DNA of 16,461 nucleotides from Candidatus Hermodarchaeota archaeon (GTDB lineage: Archaea; Asgardarchaeota; Hermodarchaeia; Hermodarchaeales; Hermodarchaeaceae): positions 1-16,461 of the forward strand of contig JAEOTB010000105.1 in NCBI GenBank assembly GCA_016840065.1, in the 5' to 3' direction. Shown in pieces: positions 1 through 7,341 of the stretch (its first letter is position 1; every line of letters begins with the position of its first letter). A program made the position numbers and the translations under genes. The notes under the pieces were generated by a model. The model did no database searches. It was not told the origin of the DNA and worked only from the letters and a program-made list of their open reading frames with translations.

Positions 1-1
1 A

Positions 2-424
2 CTATGGAGTGAAAGGGATCCCCGAGCTCGACAACTCACACCCGGTTTCAGCGACCTCACCCATGCAGAGCAGACCCGAGCATTCTATGTCAACTTAGAC
101 ACGATTTTCGTGCCCAGAAGCGGCGTTCATTTAATGAGACTCGGGGAAAAAGACGAGCGAAGTTACAGGGACGCCCTCGAAAGGGGAGATGTATACATAC
201 TGGGTGTGAGCTGGTCTACAATCGAGTACGAACTGGAACTGCCAGAAATACTAGTAGATGATGAGAACGCTGTTAGCCTTTTGGTCCAAGGTAAGGTGGA
301 GGAGGCATTCGAAAAACCGCGACGAGCCCTCCGCCTACTCCAAGAGGGGAAGCTACACGAACCAGACAGCTTCTCGATGCGTGATTTCCTAATCGAAGTT
401 AGTGACTGTATCCTTATCTACTGA
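2..424 (+). CDS. Hypothetical protein, 5'-partial, possibly 3'-truncated
   Basis: The frame of ORF 110..424 is open back to base 2 (LWSERDPRARQLTPGFSDLTHAEQTRAFYVNLDTIFVPRS...), so the true start lies outside the window. It ends at TGA 422-424, overlapping the end of the opposite-strand DDAH fragment. No confident family assignment. Confidence 0.55.
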   Translation, partial: LWSERDPRARQLTPGFSDLTHAEQTRAFYVNLDTIFVPRSGVHLMRLGEKDERSYRDALERGDVYILGVSWSTIEYELELPEILVDDENAVSLLVQGKVEEAFEKPRRALRLLQEGKLHEPDSFSMRDFLIEVSDCILIY

Positions 425-722
425 GCACCTCTTCGACATGGGTTTCTTCTCCTTGACGGCTTTCACGGGCTAGCCGGGCGATGAGCGCTTTCTCCCCGTG
501 GATTATCGCGGTGTCCTCGACGAAGCACGCATCAGGATAAGCCTCTGCAGAGCGTTCATCCAGATAAGAAATCCTCAGACCCAAATCCGTCAGGGCGGCA
601 CAATAGGCACGATGCTGTTCCATTGCAAGGGACCTGTCCACGGTGTGGCGGAGTGGGTGGGACGAGATACATTCAGGGTAGCGGTTACCAGGTTTAGAAA
701 CCAATGCGCATTTTGACGTCAT
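414..722 (-). pseudogene. N-terminal fragment of a dimethylarginine dimethylaminohydrolase (DDAH)/amidinotransferase-family enzyme
   Basis: Motifs ALVxxPG, AxEQHxxYxxAL, YPDACFVEDTAII and SRQGEE match the DDAH N-terminal half. It stops after 102 aa, while the family is about 250-280 aa. All three minus-strand frames hit a stop within about 35 nt of the break, and no EGGDV continuation is seen there. Confidence 0.8.
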
Positions 723-843
723 GAAGGATCATCACATATCAAACATGTAAACAGTTCAGTACACTACCCGTTCTCTCATTTAAGGTATCTCCTAGCTGGA
801 AGAGCTTGATGAATGGGTAAAGGTTGAACTACGTGAGGCTTAA

Positions 844-1608
844 ATGGCTGGGAGGTTAAGGGAGGTCATGACTGGGAAGCCTGATGCGGAGGAGGATGTG
901 GAGGCGCGTCTTGATAGTTTAGTTACAGCCTTCTGGTCCACCGTTAAGGAATTTAGAAACTCGATTGGACGCCATGGAGGCGAGGAACGATTATCCATTC
1001 ACGAAGCCGGGCAAATAGTACGGGAAACCCTAGACGAAATCGTCGAAATCGAAGGTCTGAGAGCAACCCGTGAACTCTGCCGCATGTTTCTTCAATCAAA
1101 ACTTTTCAGTTCGTCGGCAGCTCCTTACCTCCTGAAGCGCTGGGGTCCTGTCGCCTCCGATGAGTTCCGCAGGCTCACCGGTCTCCCCCCAGGACCCACC
1201 AAGACCGCCGTGGAGCTCCTTATCGAGAAGATTGAGACAGCGCCGCCGCCCAAGGTAACGGGTCACTTCCACAAAGGAGGGATTGCCATTGGACCCCTCA
1301 TAGACAGCCGCCCCGGATGGATTACCCTCCTCGGCAGACTCGGCGACCCCGCCGCCGTACCCTTCCTCATTGAACTCCTCTTGAAGAAAGAAGAAAGACT
1401 GAAACATAACGTTGCGACTCACACATGGGACATGAGGATGCGGGCGGCGAGTAGCCTTTCCCAAATCGATGACCCCCGTGCCATCGAACCCCTCATCAAG
1501 GTCTTCAAGTCTCTCACTCCTCGTTCTTCGGAGCGAAACAGCATACTCAACATTTTAAGGAGATTCAAGGACGACCCCCGCGTCGATGCGCTAAGCCTTG
1601 GCCTCTAG
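844..1608 (+). CDS. HEAT-repeat (PBS-lyase-like) domain protein
   Basis: C-terminal repeats LGRLGDPAAVPFLIELL and RMRAASSLSQIDDPRAIEPLIKVF; GTGAGG upstream of the ATG; helical N-terminal region of unknown function. Confidence 0.8.
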   Translation: MAGRLREVMTGKPDAEEDVEARLDSLVTAFWSTVKEFRNSIGRHGGEERLSIHEAGQIVRETLDEIVEIEGLRATRELCRMFLQSKLFSSSAAPYLLKRWGPVASDEFRRLTGLPPGPTKTAVELLIEKIETAPPPKVTGHFHKGGIAIGPLIDSRPGWITLLGRLGDPAAVPFLIELLLKKEERLKHNVATHTWDMRMRAASSLSQIDDPRAIEPLIKVFKSLTPRSSERNSILNILRRFKDDPRVDALSLGL

Positions 1609-1703
1609 GAGCGCTGGAGTCTCCGCCGCACCACGACGATTGCCACTGTGACCACAAGGACTATGACCAAGGCTGCAAGGGGGGGACCTCTCTGCTTGAA
1701 CAA
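1605..1703 (-). other. Orphan C-terminal membrane-anchor fragment or 32-aa membrane peptide
   Basis: Manual translation (TTG at 1703) gives FKQRGPPLAALVIVLVVTVAIVVVRRRLQRS-stop: Pro-Pro, a hydrophobic helix and a basic RRR cluster. The TAG overlaps the HEAT gene stop (CTAG 1605-1608). Confidence 0.45.
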
Positions 1704-1739
1704 TCGGGATTGAAGCAGCCGCCTTTTGCCTTGCGTTTT

Positions 1740-2000
1740 TTATGGGGGAGTAGTTTTTTGTATCCTTGGTTTGTTTTCTAGTTCTGGCGGGAAGCCCTCA
1801 GGGTCAATTTGTAGCATGCCGATCAGCGGGATGAGCTGTCCAGCCATCTTTGTAAGGCAGCCTGGACACTCTGCTGAAAGAGCGCTTATCAGGTCAGGGG
1901 ATATCTTCGTTTCTAGCTTTGAATCGCCTTTGCTGAAAACATAAACGAGTAGCCGTAGAACATTCCTAGGATAGAGATGCGTATACATCGTCTGAATCAT
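1740..2000 (-). CDS. Short hypothetical ORF or gene remnant
   Basis: 86-aa ORF co-oriented with the upstream gene run; no recognisable motif. Confidence 0.25.
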   Translation of the reverse strand: MIQTMYTHLYPRNVLRLLVYVFSKGDSKLETKISPDLISALSAECPGCLTKMAGQLIPLIGMLQIDPEGFPPELENKPRIQKTTPP

Positions 2001-2051
2001 CCACTAGACTCATCTGATACAGCTTCTAGTTGAGGGAGATTAGAATCTGTC

Positions 2052-2516
2052 TTAGTGGATAGGCCCTTTGTATCGGATTGATTTTACGTAGAGGAGAGCA
2101 GCAAATAGGAAAGGGCTCAGATAAGTTACGAGAAGTATTGCAATAAACCCAATTAATGCAGGTGGGGAACTAAGAATATCACCACGAGCGAGGATTTCGG
2201 GTACAAAGAGTGCCGTAAAGAAAATAGCACCAAACACACCTAGGCCTAGAGAAGTGGCTGTCAAACCATACAGCCACGAAGATCGATGACGTGGTGATTC
2301 ATTAAAATGGGAATACGACACAGACCCAACAAAGGCCCCAGCAAAGCTAGCAACCACAAACATACTCCACCGAATCATCTCAGGTATGGGATTATGTATA
2401 TCTGGAGGACGCATAGTCCCTGCCAATATACCTTGAATCTCAATCAGGAATAGCCCAATACAGGCAATCGACCCAATAATTAGCATCCATTTAACTCCCT
2501 TTTTCAAATGCTTCAT
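2052..2516 (-). CDS. Hypothetical integral membrane protein (about 4 TM helices)
   Basis: Four long hydrophobic segments with basic termini; ATG start; visibly more A/T-ending codons than the neighbouring genes. Confidence 0.75.
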   Translation of the reverse strand: MKHLKKGVKWMLIIGSIACIGLFLIEIQGILAGTMRPPDIHNPIPEMIRWSMFVVASFAGAFVGSVSYSHFNESPRHRSSWLYGLTATSLGLGVFGAIFFTALFVPEILARGDILSSPPALIGFIAILLVTYLSPFLFAALLYVKSIRYKGPIH

Positions 2517-2570
2517 AGCCTTACCACAAGCCTCCAGATTCCTCTTAACAAATAACTAGTTTGTTGGTTG

Positions 2571-3044
2571 TTATATTCTATTTAGTGTTGCTTGTATTCT
2601 TCGCCAGTGTCTACCCTGCCAGTAGACTTGCCGGCAGTCCTTGTTGGTGCATTGCCAGTAGAGGGTGAACTGGTTAAAGGAGCGGGCAGGCACTCTGTCC
2701 TTGACCTCTTCTGGTTGTGCATGGGCTAGGCGGGCGTTACAGAGGGAGCAACGGCTCTTGCTGGGATTGAGGATGAACTCTGTACCCAGGTATTCTTGGA
2801 GGCGGCGGAGCATCTTGTATATGGGGCGAGAGCCGGGGTTGAAGACCTTTAGTCCGCGGGTCTGGGCCCTGGTGATTAGTTCCTTGTCCCTGGTGAGTAG
2901 GATACGGTCTTCGGTGGCGATGAGGATGTCGTCGTCGACCCAGTCGTTGCAGAAGATGGTGTCGTAACCGAGGAGCCTGAGCCATCGGGCTAGGCTCCCG
3001 TACATGCCATCGAGGATGAAGGTGGGTCTTTCCTTTTCAGCCAT
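2571..3044 (-). CDS. Mut7-C RNase domain protein (PIN fold with zinc ribbon)
   Basis: FILDGMYGSLARWLRLLGYDT, DDD, RILLTRD, SRCSLCN and YWQCTNKDCRQVYWQGRHW match the Mut7-C family signature. Confidence 0.93.
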   Translation of the reverse strand: MAEKERPTFILDGMYGSLARWLRLLGYDTIFCNDWVDDDILIATEDRILLTRDKELITRAQTRGLKVFNPGSRPIYKMLRRLQEYLGTEFILNPSKSRCSLCNARLAHAQPEEVKDRVPARSFNQFTLYWQCTNKDCRQVYWQGRHWRRIQATLNRI

Positions 3045-3772
3045 TACTCTGCTTGCCCCTGTTCGATTTTCTTGATTACGTGTTTGATGACCTTACAGAC
3101 GACTTCATCTTTTTCGGTTTCGAGGGCGGTGTTGAGGGAGGCGATGACGGAATCGCCCATGTTGATGAGGGTGAGGGCGGCTCCGACTTGGAGGTCGGGG
3201 TCGTGGAGGGCTTGGAGGAGCGGTGCGACCGCGGGGGCGCCTATCATCGCAAGGGCTGTGGCGCTTTGGGCGAGGACCTCCTTGTCGTCGCTACGGAGGG
3301 TTTCGATGAGGGCGGGGATGGCGGGGACGCCGATTTCGCCGAGGCTGAGGGCGGCGTAGGAGCGGTAGGTTTCGTCTTTCAGGAGGTCGATGAGGGGAGC
3401 AACAGCGGGTTCACCGATTCTTTCGAGGGTACGGGCGATAATGTTCATTACATCGACTTCAGAGCCCTTCATCTTCTCGATGAGGGGGGTGACAGCGGGT
3501 TCACCGATCATGGCGAGGACGGCGGCACACATGGTTCGGGCTTCTTTGTCTTCGAGTTCCTCTAGCAGAGGTATGATGGCGGGTTCACCGATTCCTCCCA
3601 AGGCGGCTGCGGCGCTTACTGCTGCTTTTTGTTCGGAATCTTTCAGGACCTTTATCAGGCCTGGCACCGCGGGTTCACCGATGGTGATGAGGACGCGGAT
3701 TGCCTCGACTCGTATGTCACGGTTAGTGTGGTGTAGAGCTTCGATGGCTCGCTCGATATCTTGTTTACCCAT
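3044..3772 (-). CDS. HEAT-repeat (PBS lyase HEAT-like) protein
   Basis: About 7 repeats of AAxALxxIGEPAVxPLIxxL. GGAGG lies 8 nt before ATG 3772 (alternative start GTG 3778). The stop overlaps the Mut7-C start (TAATG). Confidence 0.92.
   Translation of the reverse strand: MGKQDIERAIEALHHTNRDIRVEAIRVLITIGEPAVPGLIKVLKDSEQKAAVSAAAALGGIGEPAIIPLLEELEDKEARTMCAAVLAMIGEPAVTPLIEKMKGSEVDVMNIIARTLERIGEPAVAPLIDLLKDETYRSYAALSLGEIGVPAIPALIETLRSDDKEVLAQSATALAMIGAPAVAPLLQALHDPDLQVGAALTLINMGDSVIASLNTALETEKDEVVCKVIKHVIKKIEQGQAE
3405..3682. repeat. Four identical 14-bp intragenic repeats GCGGGTTCACCGAT
   Basis: Copies at 3405-3418, 3495-3508, 3579-3592 and 3669-3682 (spacing 90, 84, 90). They encode IGEPA of the HEAT repeats on the minus strand. 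Confidence 0.9.
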
Positions 3773-3810
3773 TTGCACAACCTCCAGTTGCCAGCTTTGG
3801 ACTTCCTGCC

Positions 3811-3821
3811 TTTTTAATTAT
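3811..3821 (-). promoter_or_regulatory. Possible internal TATA-like promoter for the HEAT/Mut7-C pair
   Basis: ATAATTAAAAA on the minus strand, about 40 nt upstream of ATG 3772, overlapping the Staygreen stop codon. Confidence 0.35.
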
Positions 3822-4321
3822 CGTAACTCAACTGCCTGCTGTCTCTCTTTTGCCTTTTCTTGAGTGTATTCTCCCATTGTTTGCCAGTACTCAGTCCAGT
3901 CATTTCCTTTAATTTCGGGGTGAATGTGAATAAAGACTTTGGACTGGTCGAGGTTGGGAGTCTTATCGAATAGGTGCCGGTCACCATAACGGATAGCTTC
4001 TAACGCTCGGGGAAAATAGCTGCGAAGAACTGCTGTGTACAAATATGAGATAAAGACTGAGCGTTCGATATTGCAGTGGGCGTGGAGTGCATAGCCTTCC
4101 GGTTCTTGTTTCCATTCCGCCAGGAATTCAACTAGCAGGAATAGAACGAACATGCTAGTGTTCTCTCTGCGGTGATAGTCTGGCCCTATTGTCAAGTAAA
4201 GGTCGCTACCAATGTCAGCATGAACAAGTGTGTAGTGGCGGGGAATTAAGGGGCCATCTGCGTGGTTTGGGGGGATGAACTCTACATGAAGCTTTGGGAA
4301 ATATGACCAGCTCAAAACCAT
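3818..4321 (-). CDS. Staygreen (SGR, Mg-dechelatase-like) family protein, divergent
   Basis: KLHVEF, PLIPRHYTLVHAD, LYLTIG, LAEW, LHAHC, ALEAIRYGDRxLF, PNLD and EYW follow the Staygreen family pattern in order; GAGGG directly upstream of the ATG. Confidence 0.88.
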   Translation of the reverse strand: MVLSWSYFPKLHVEFIPPNHADGPLIPRHYTLVHADIGSDLYLTIGPDYHRRENTSMFVLFLLVEFLAEWKQEPEGYALHAHCNIERSVFISYLYTAVLRSYFPRALEAIRYGDRHLFDKTPNLDQSKVFIHIHPEIKGNDWTEYWQTMGEYTQEKAKERQQAVELR

Positions 4322-4329
4322 CCCTCAGG

Positions 4330-5223
4330 CTATCCTAGTTTTAGTTTCCAGTATAGGCCCTGGATTGCCAGGTCAATCTGGTATTGGTGATATCTTCCGT
4401 CTTCTATCCAGTGTTGTGAGCGTTTACCGAAGTACTCTGGTAGGCTAGGGTGCTGGAGAACCTCATCAATTGGTAGCTGCTGGGTTTTGAGTTTTTGTAT
4501 GGCAGAGACTAGTTCGTCGAAGTAGCTTCTGACCTTAGTGATGTAGGGTTTGCCGACCACGTCTCCGTGTCCAGGTATTACGTATGCGATATCGAGAGTT
4601 TCCCATTCCCTCCATATCTCTATCATTCTCATGAGATTGCCGACGACTTGGGCATACCAGGTGAGTAGGTTATCACCAGTCCATAGGGTCCGCTTTGAGG
4701 GGCTGTAGATGCAGGCTGAGTCTGGTGAGTGTCCTCCTGTTACTCGGAAGACGAGTTCCTGCTCCTCTGGTCCAATTCTTTGTTCGTTCTTCACGCTCAG
4801 GCTGGGTTCTACGAGCTGTAGTTCCCCAATCGCGTCACTGCGTTCACGGTCAGCCCTGAAGTGTCTGGCTAGTCGTAAACGGTAGCCAGGTTTCTCAAGG
4901 TTTCTAATGTATTGCTTGATTTTCTCGGTACACTTCTTTGACGCCACTATTGTTACGTCTTCAAAGACCTTCAGAGCGAAGGTGTGATCTGAATGAGAAT
5001 GAGTGAGGAGCAAGTGTGAGGTTTCACGACTGAAGCGGTCTTCCATGTCGTTGCGGAATCTTTGTGTGTAGGAGGGGAGTGCTCCACTGTCAACAAAGAC
5101 TAACTCGTCTGGGAGTGCTACGCAGGTTATAGTGGAAGTTCGGGCAGGGCCAAGCGCTGCGGTGGGAAATTCAGGATTAGCATAAGTGGTGATTATGTTA
5201 TCTGTGACCTCGATGTATTCTAT
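4330..5223 (-). CDS. MBL-fold metallo-hydrolase; N-terminus extends beyond the tracked ATG, probable ATA start
   Basis: THSHSDH, GGHSPD, TGDNL and PGHG motifs. The first MBL motif (LVFVDSG) lies in frame upstream of ATG 5046, and the frame is open up to TAG 5236-5238. Confidence 0.88.
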   Translation of the reverse strand: MEYIEVTDNIITTYANPEFPTAALGPARTSTITCVALPDELVFVDSGALPSYTQRFRNDMEDRFSRETSHLLLTHSHSDHTFALKVFEDVTIVASKKCTEKIKQYIRNLEKPGYRLRLARHFRADRERSDAIGELQLVEPSLSVKNEQRIGPEEQELVFRVTGGHSPDSACIYSPSKRTLWTGDNLLTWYAQVVGNLMRMIEIWREWETLDIAYVIPGHGDVVGKPYITKVRSYFDELVSAIQKLKTQQLPIDEVLQHPSLPEYFGKRSQHWIEDGRYHQYQIDLAIQGLYWKLKLG

Positions 5224-5235
5224 TCCTGTCCACTC

Positions 5236-5976
5236 CTAATCACGAGGGAACTCGCCAGCGATAACGATGCCGCGGTGTCCGCCCAGGAGGACGTTGTAGT
5301 TCTTGCGTTTGTACTTGTACTTAATGTACCAAACAGGGGCGTGGACGTATTGGGCTTCGCCAACAGTGAAGGCGGTGTGAATCTTGACGATGCGGTCTAC
5401 ATCCTTGCTAATGAGGTGTCGGTGGTGTTCTTCCACCTCTTGTTGTACCATTTCCACGGCTTCATCCTTTGTGAGTTGTGCGTTGATGACTTCGGCGTAT
5501 TCAGGGACTCTTCGGAAATCATAGGGCTGTGTTCCAGCTGCTGGGAAGTCAAATTCCTTCGTTGGGAACCCTGCTCGTCGACGGGCAAGAATCAGCCAGT
5601 TGTAGGATTTCTCCAGGTTGTCCTGTTTTACATACGCAGGAGAGACCCGATCGAAGATTCCCTCATAGGCTGTTAGTGCCCTGACCTCCACTACCCAGAA
5701 AGGTAGGAGCCGGAGTTGTTGACTTGTGATTTCCGATTTGCGGTGGAGGTCAGCGCGTTTAAGGAAGCCTTTTCGCATCCAACTCCGCACCACTGGCTCC
5801 ACAGCTTCTTCCTCAATCTTTAGGGGTAGCATGGAGTGCTCAAACATGAAGGGTTTACTCATCTCGACGACTTGGGTGTTACCGCAGTAGGGGCAGGTGG
5901 TTATGACCTCGCCTGCTTTGTAGTCGAGGGATCCGTCGCAGTTTTGGCATCGAAGGCTTCGCAGAATCTTAGGCAT
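5236..5976 (-). CDS. Zinc-ribbon domain protein (N-terminal CxxC...CPYCG; LPFW and PVW motifs)
   Basis: CQNCDG and CPYCG, LLPFWV, HAPVWYIKY, G.VIAGEFP. GAGGT lies upstream of ATG 5976, which is preferred over TTG 6003. Confidence 0.85.
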   Translation of the reverse strand: MPKILRSLRCQNCDGSLDYKAGEVITTCPYCGNTQVVEMSKPFMFEHSMLPLKIEEEAVEPVVRSWMRKGFLKRADLHRKSEITSQQLRLLPFWVVEVRALTAYEGIFDRVSPAYVKQDNLEKSYNWLILARRRAGFPTKEFDFPAAGTQPYDFRRVPEYAEVINAQLTKDEAVEMVQQEVEEHHRHLISKDVDRIVKIHTAFTVGEAQYVHAPVWYIKYKYKRKNYNVLLGGHRGIVIAGEFPRD

Positions 5977-6020
5977 TAGGGTAGACCTCAAAGATTGAAA
6001 CAATGAACAGCCACATAAAC

Positions 6021-6028
6021 TTAATTAA
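6021..6028. promoter_or_regulatory. Palindromic TATA-like element TTAATTAA, candidate bidirectional promoter
   Basis: Lies in the 88-bp gap between the divergent starts at 5976 and 6065, about 45 and 37 nt from them. Confidence 0.5.
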
Positions 6029-6064
6029 AGTATATTGATTATCTCTTTGCTGGAGTTATTTGTT

Positions 6065-7231
6065 ATGCGGTTAGCTGCGTTGCGGACGAGAATGATATGG
6101 GCCCTATTTGTGGTTTTCCTCGTAGCTGTTCTCTTCTGTCTGGTGATGTCGTATATTATCGATATTATCCTCGGATACTTCTTGTTTAACGAGAATTTCT
6201 TTGCATTGCTGAACCCATGGACCATCCCCTTCATAGGGATTGAGATATATTATCCAAGTGGTTGGTATTGGGCGTTCATCGCCGCCTTTATCATGGTTCT
6301 CTTCCAATGGGCGATTGGTCCAGCAGCTGTCAGGGCTGCTGTCCAGTTGAACTACGTCGATGCAAAATCAGGTGGCAGGTTTTATCGTGATGTGAAAGAA
6401 CTTGCTAACAAAGCAGATATTCCAATGCCCAAGGTGGCAGTGGTGAATAGCCCTGTTCCGAATGCCTTTGTTTTTGGACGCACTGCTGGTGGTGCTACGC
6501 TGGCGGTCCATAAGGGGCTACTCGACAAACTTAGTAACCGTGAAATCCGTGGAGTACTCGGTCACGAAATCGGGCATATCAAGCACCGGGACATCGTTGT
6601 CATGACCCTTGCGTCGTCGATTCCACTCATCGCCTTGATGGTGCTACGAGGCTCCCTCTATGGTGCCCGCGGTGCCTCCTACTCTGGTCGTAGCAGTTCC
6701 AGTGACGGTGACGGCGCTGGTGCGCTCATCATAGCGCTCATCGCGATTGCAGTTGTTGCTGCTATCGCATTTGGTTTGTCTCTGTTAGCAGTGAGAGGGT
6801 TGAGCCGGATGCGTGAGCACTACGCGGATTCGTATTCAGGTGAACTCACTGGTGACCCTCGGGCACTTAGTTCTGCCCTAGCGCGTATCACCTGGGGGCT
6901 TAGTTTAGCTGAGAAGGCTCCGAGTTCGGGATTGCGAAGCTTCTATATTGGTGACCCTAAGCAGGCCGCTTCTGAGGTTCGTTATATCAGGGAACATCGT
7001 CGCGAGTTTGATTTGGACCGTGATGGGGTTCTTGATGAACGAGAGCTGTTGACGGCGATGGAGAGTGAAGCGAAGCGTCAGAAACTAGCCGGGATTAAAG
7101 CGTCGCTGAGTACTCATCCACCGACCTACAAGCGTATTCTTCTTCTCTATGATCTTGAGGAGGAACTCGGTCAACGACGCCGCGCCAAGCCTGTTAGCAG
7201 CGAAGATAGCCCTGGCCTTGATGAAATCTAG
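6065..7231 (+). CDS. htpX: Zinc metalloprotease HtpX (peptidase M48), long form with EF-hand-like loop
   Basis: N-terminal TM helices, PNAFVFG, HEIGH zinc motif, REHYAD, STHPPTYKRI; GGAG upstream of ATG 6065. Confidence 0.95.
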   Translation: MRLAALRTRMIWALFVVFLVAVLFCLVMSYIIDIILGYFLFNENFFALLNPWTIPFIGIEIYYPSGWYWAFIAAFIMVLFQWAIGPAAVRAAVQLNYVDAKSGGRFYRDVKELANKADIPMPKVAVVNSPVPNAFVFGRTAGGATLAVHKGLLDKLSNREIRGVLGHEIGHIKHRDIVVMTLASSIPLIALMVLRGSLYGARGASYSGRSSSSDGDGAGALIIALIAIAVVAAIAFGLSLLAVRGLSRMREHYADSYSGELTGDPRALSSALARITWGLSLAEKAPSSGLRSFYIGDPKQAASEVRYIREHRREFDLDRDGVLDERELLTAMESEAKRQKLAGIKASLSTHPPTYKRILLLYDLEEELGQRRRAKPVSSEDSPGLDEI

Positions 7232-7300
7232 CTTACGATCCTAGAAAGGAATCAAATCGTGTCTTTCTCACTTGATTTCAGGTTTGGAGCTTGAACAGGA

Positions 7301-7322
7301 AACATTAATAGTATCAGTGCTG
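7301..7322 (+). promoter_or_regulatory. TATA-like promoter, copy 1 of a motif shared with the next paralogue
   Basis: AACATTAATAGTATCAGTGCTG, upstream of GGAGG and ATG 7342. Confidence 0.6.
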
Positions 7323-7341
7323 TAAGGACTCTGGGAGGATT

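Noticed and set aside
388-404. CCTAAT...GTTAGTG (and CTCTAAT...GTTAGAG at 9246-9266) as integron attC sites
   Set aside because: Far too short, lacking the RYYYAAC inverse core and L boxes, not repeated between genes, and no integrase seen.
3405-3682. Regularly spaced identical repeats as a CRISPR array
   Set aside because: Only 14 bp, spacing in multiples of 3, lying within a HEAT gene and encoding IGEPA; no cas genes in the window.
2665-3863. Several long plus-strand and alternate-frame ORFs (2665..2967, 2737..2985, 3053..3565, 3072..3359, 3390..3863)
   Set aside because: Shadows of the GC-rich, C-ending codon usage of the real Mut7-C and HEAT genes; low-complexity translations without motifs.
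5236-5238. Genome-wide amber reassignment
   Set aside because: TAG terminates the left HEAT gene, the MBL gene, htpX, two surface proteins and pmbA at natural ends.
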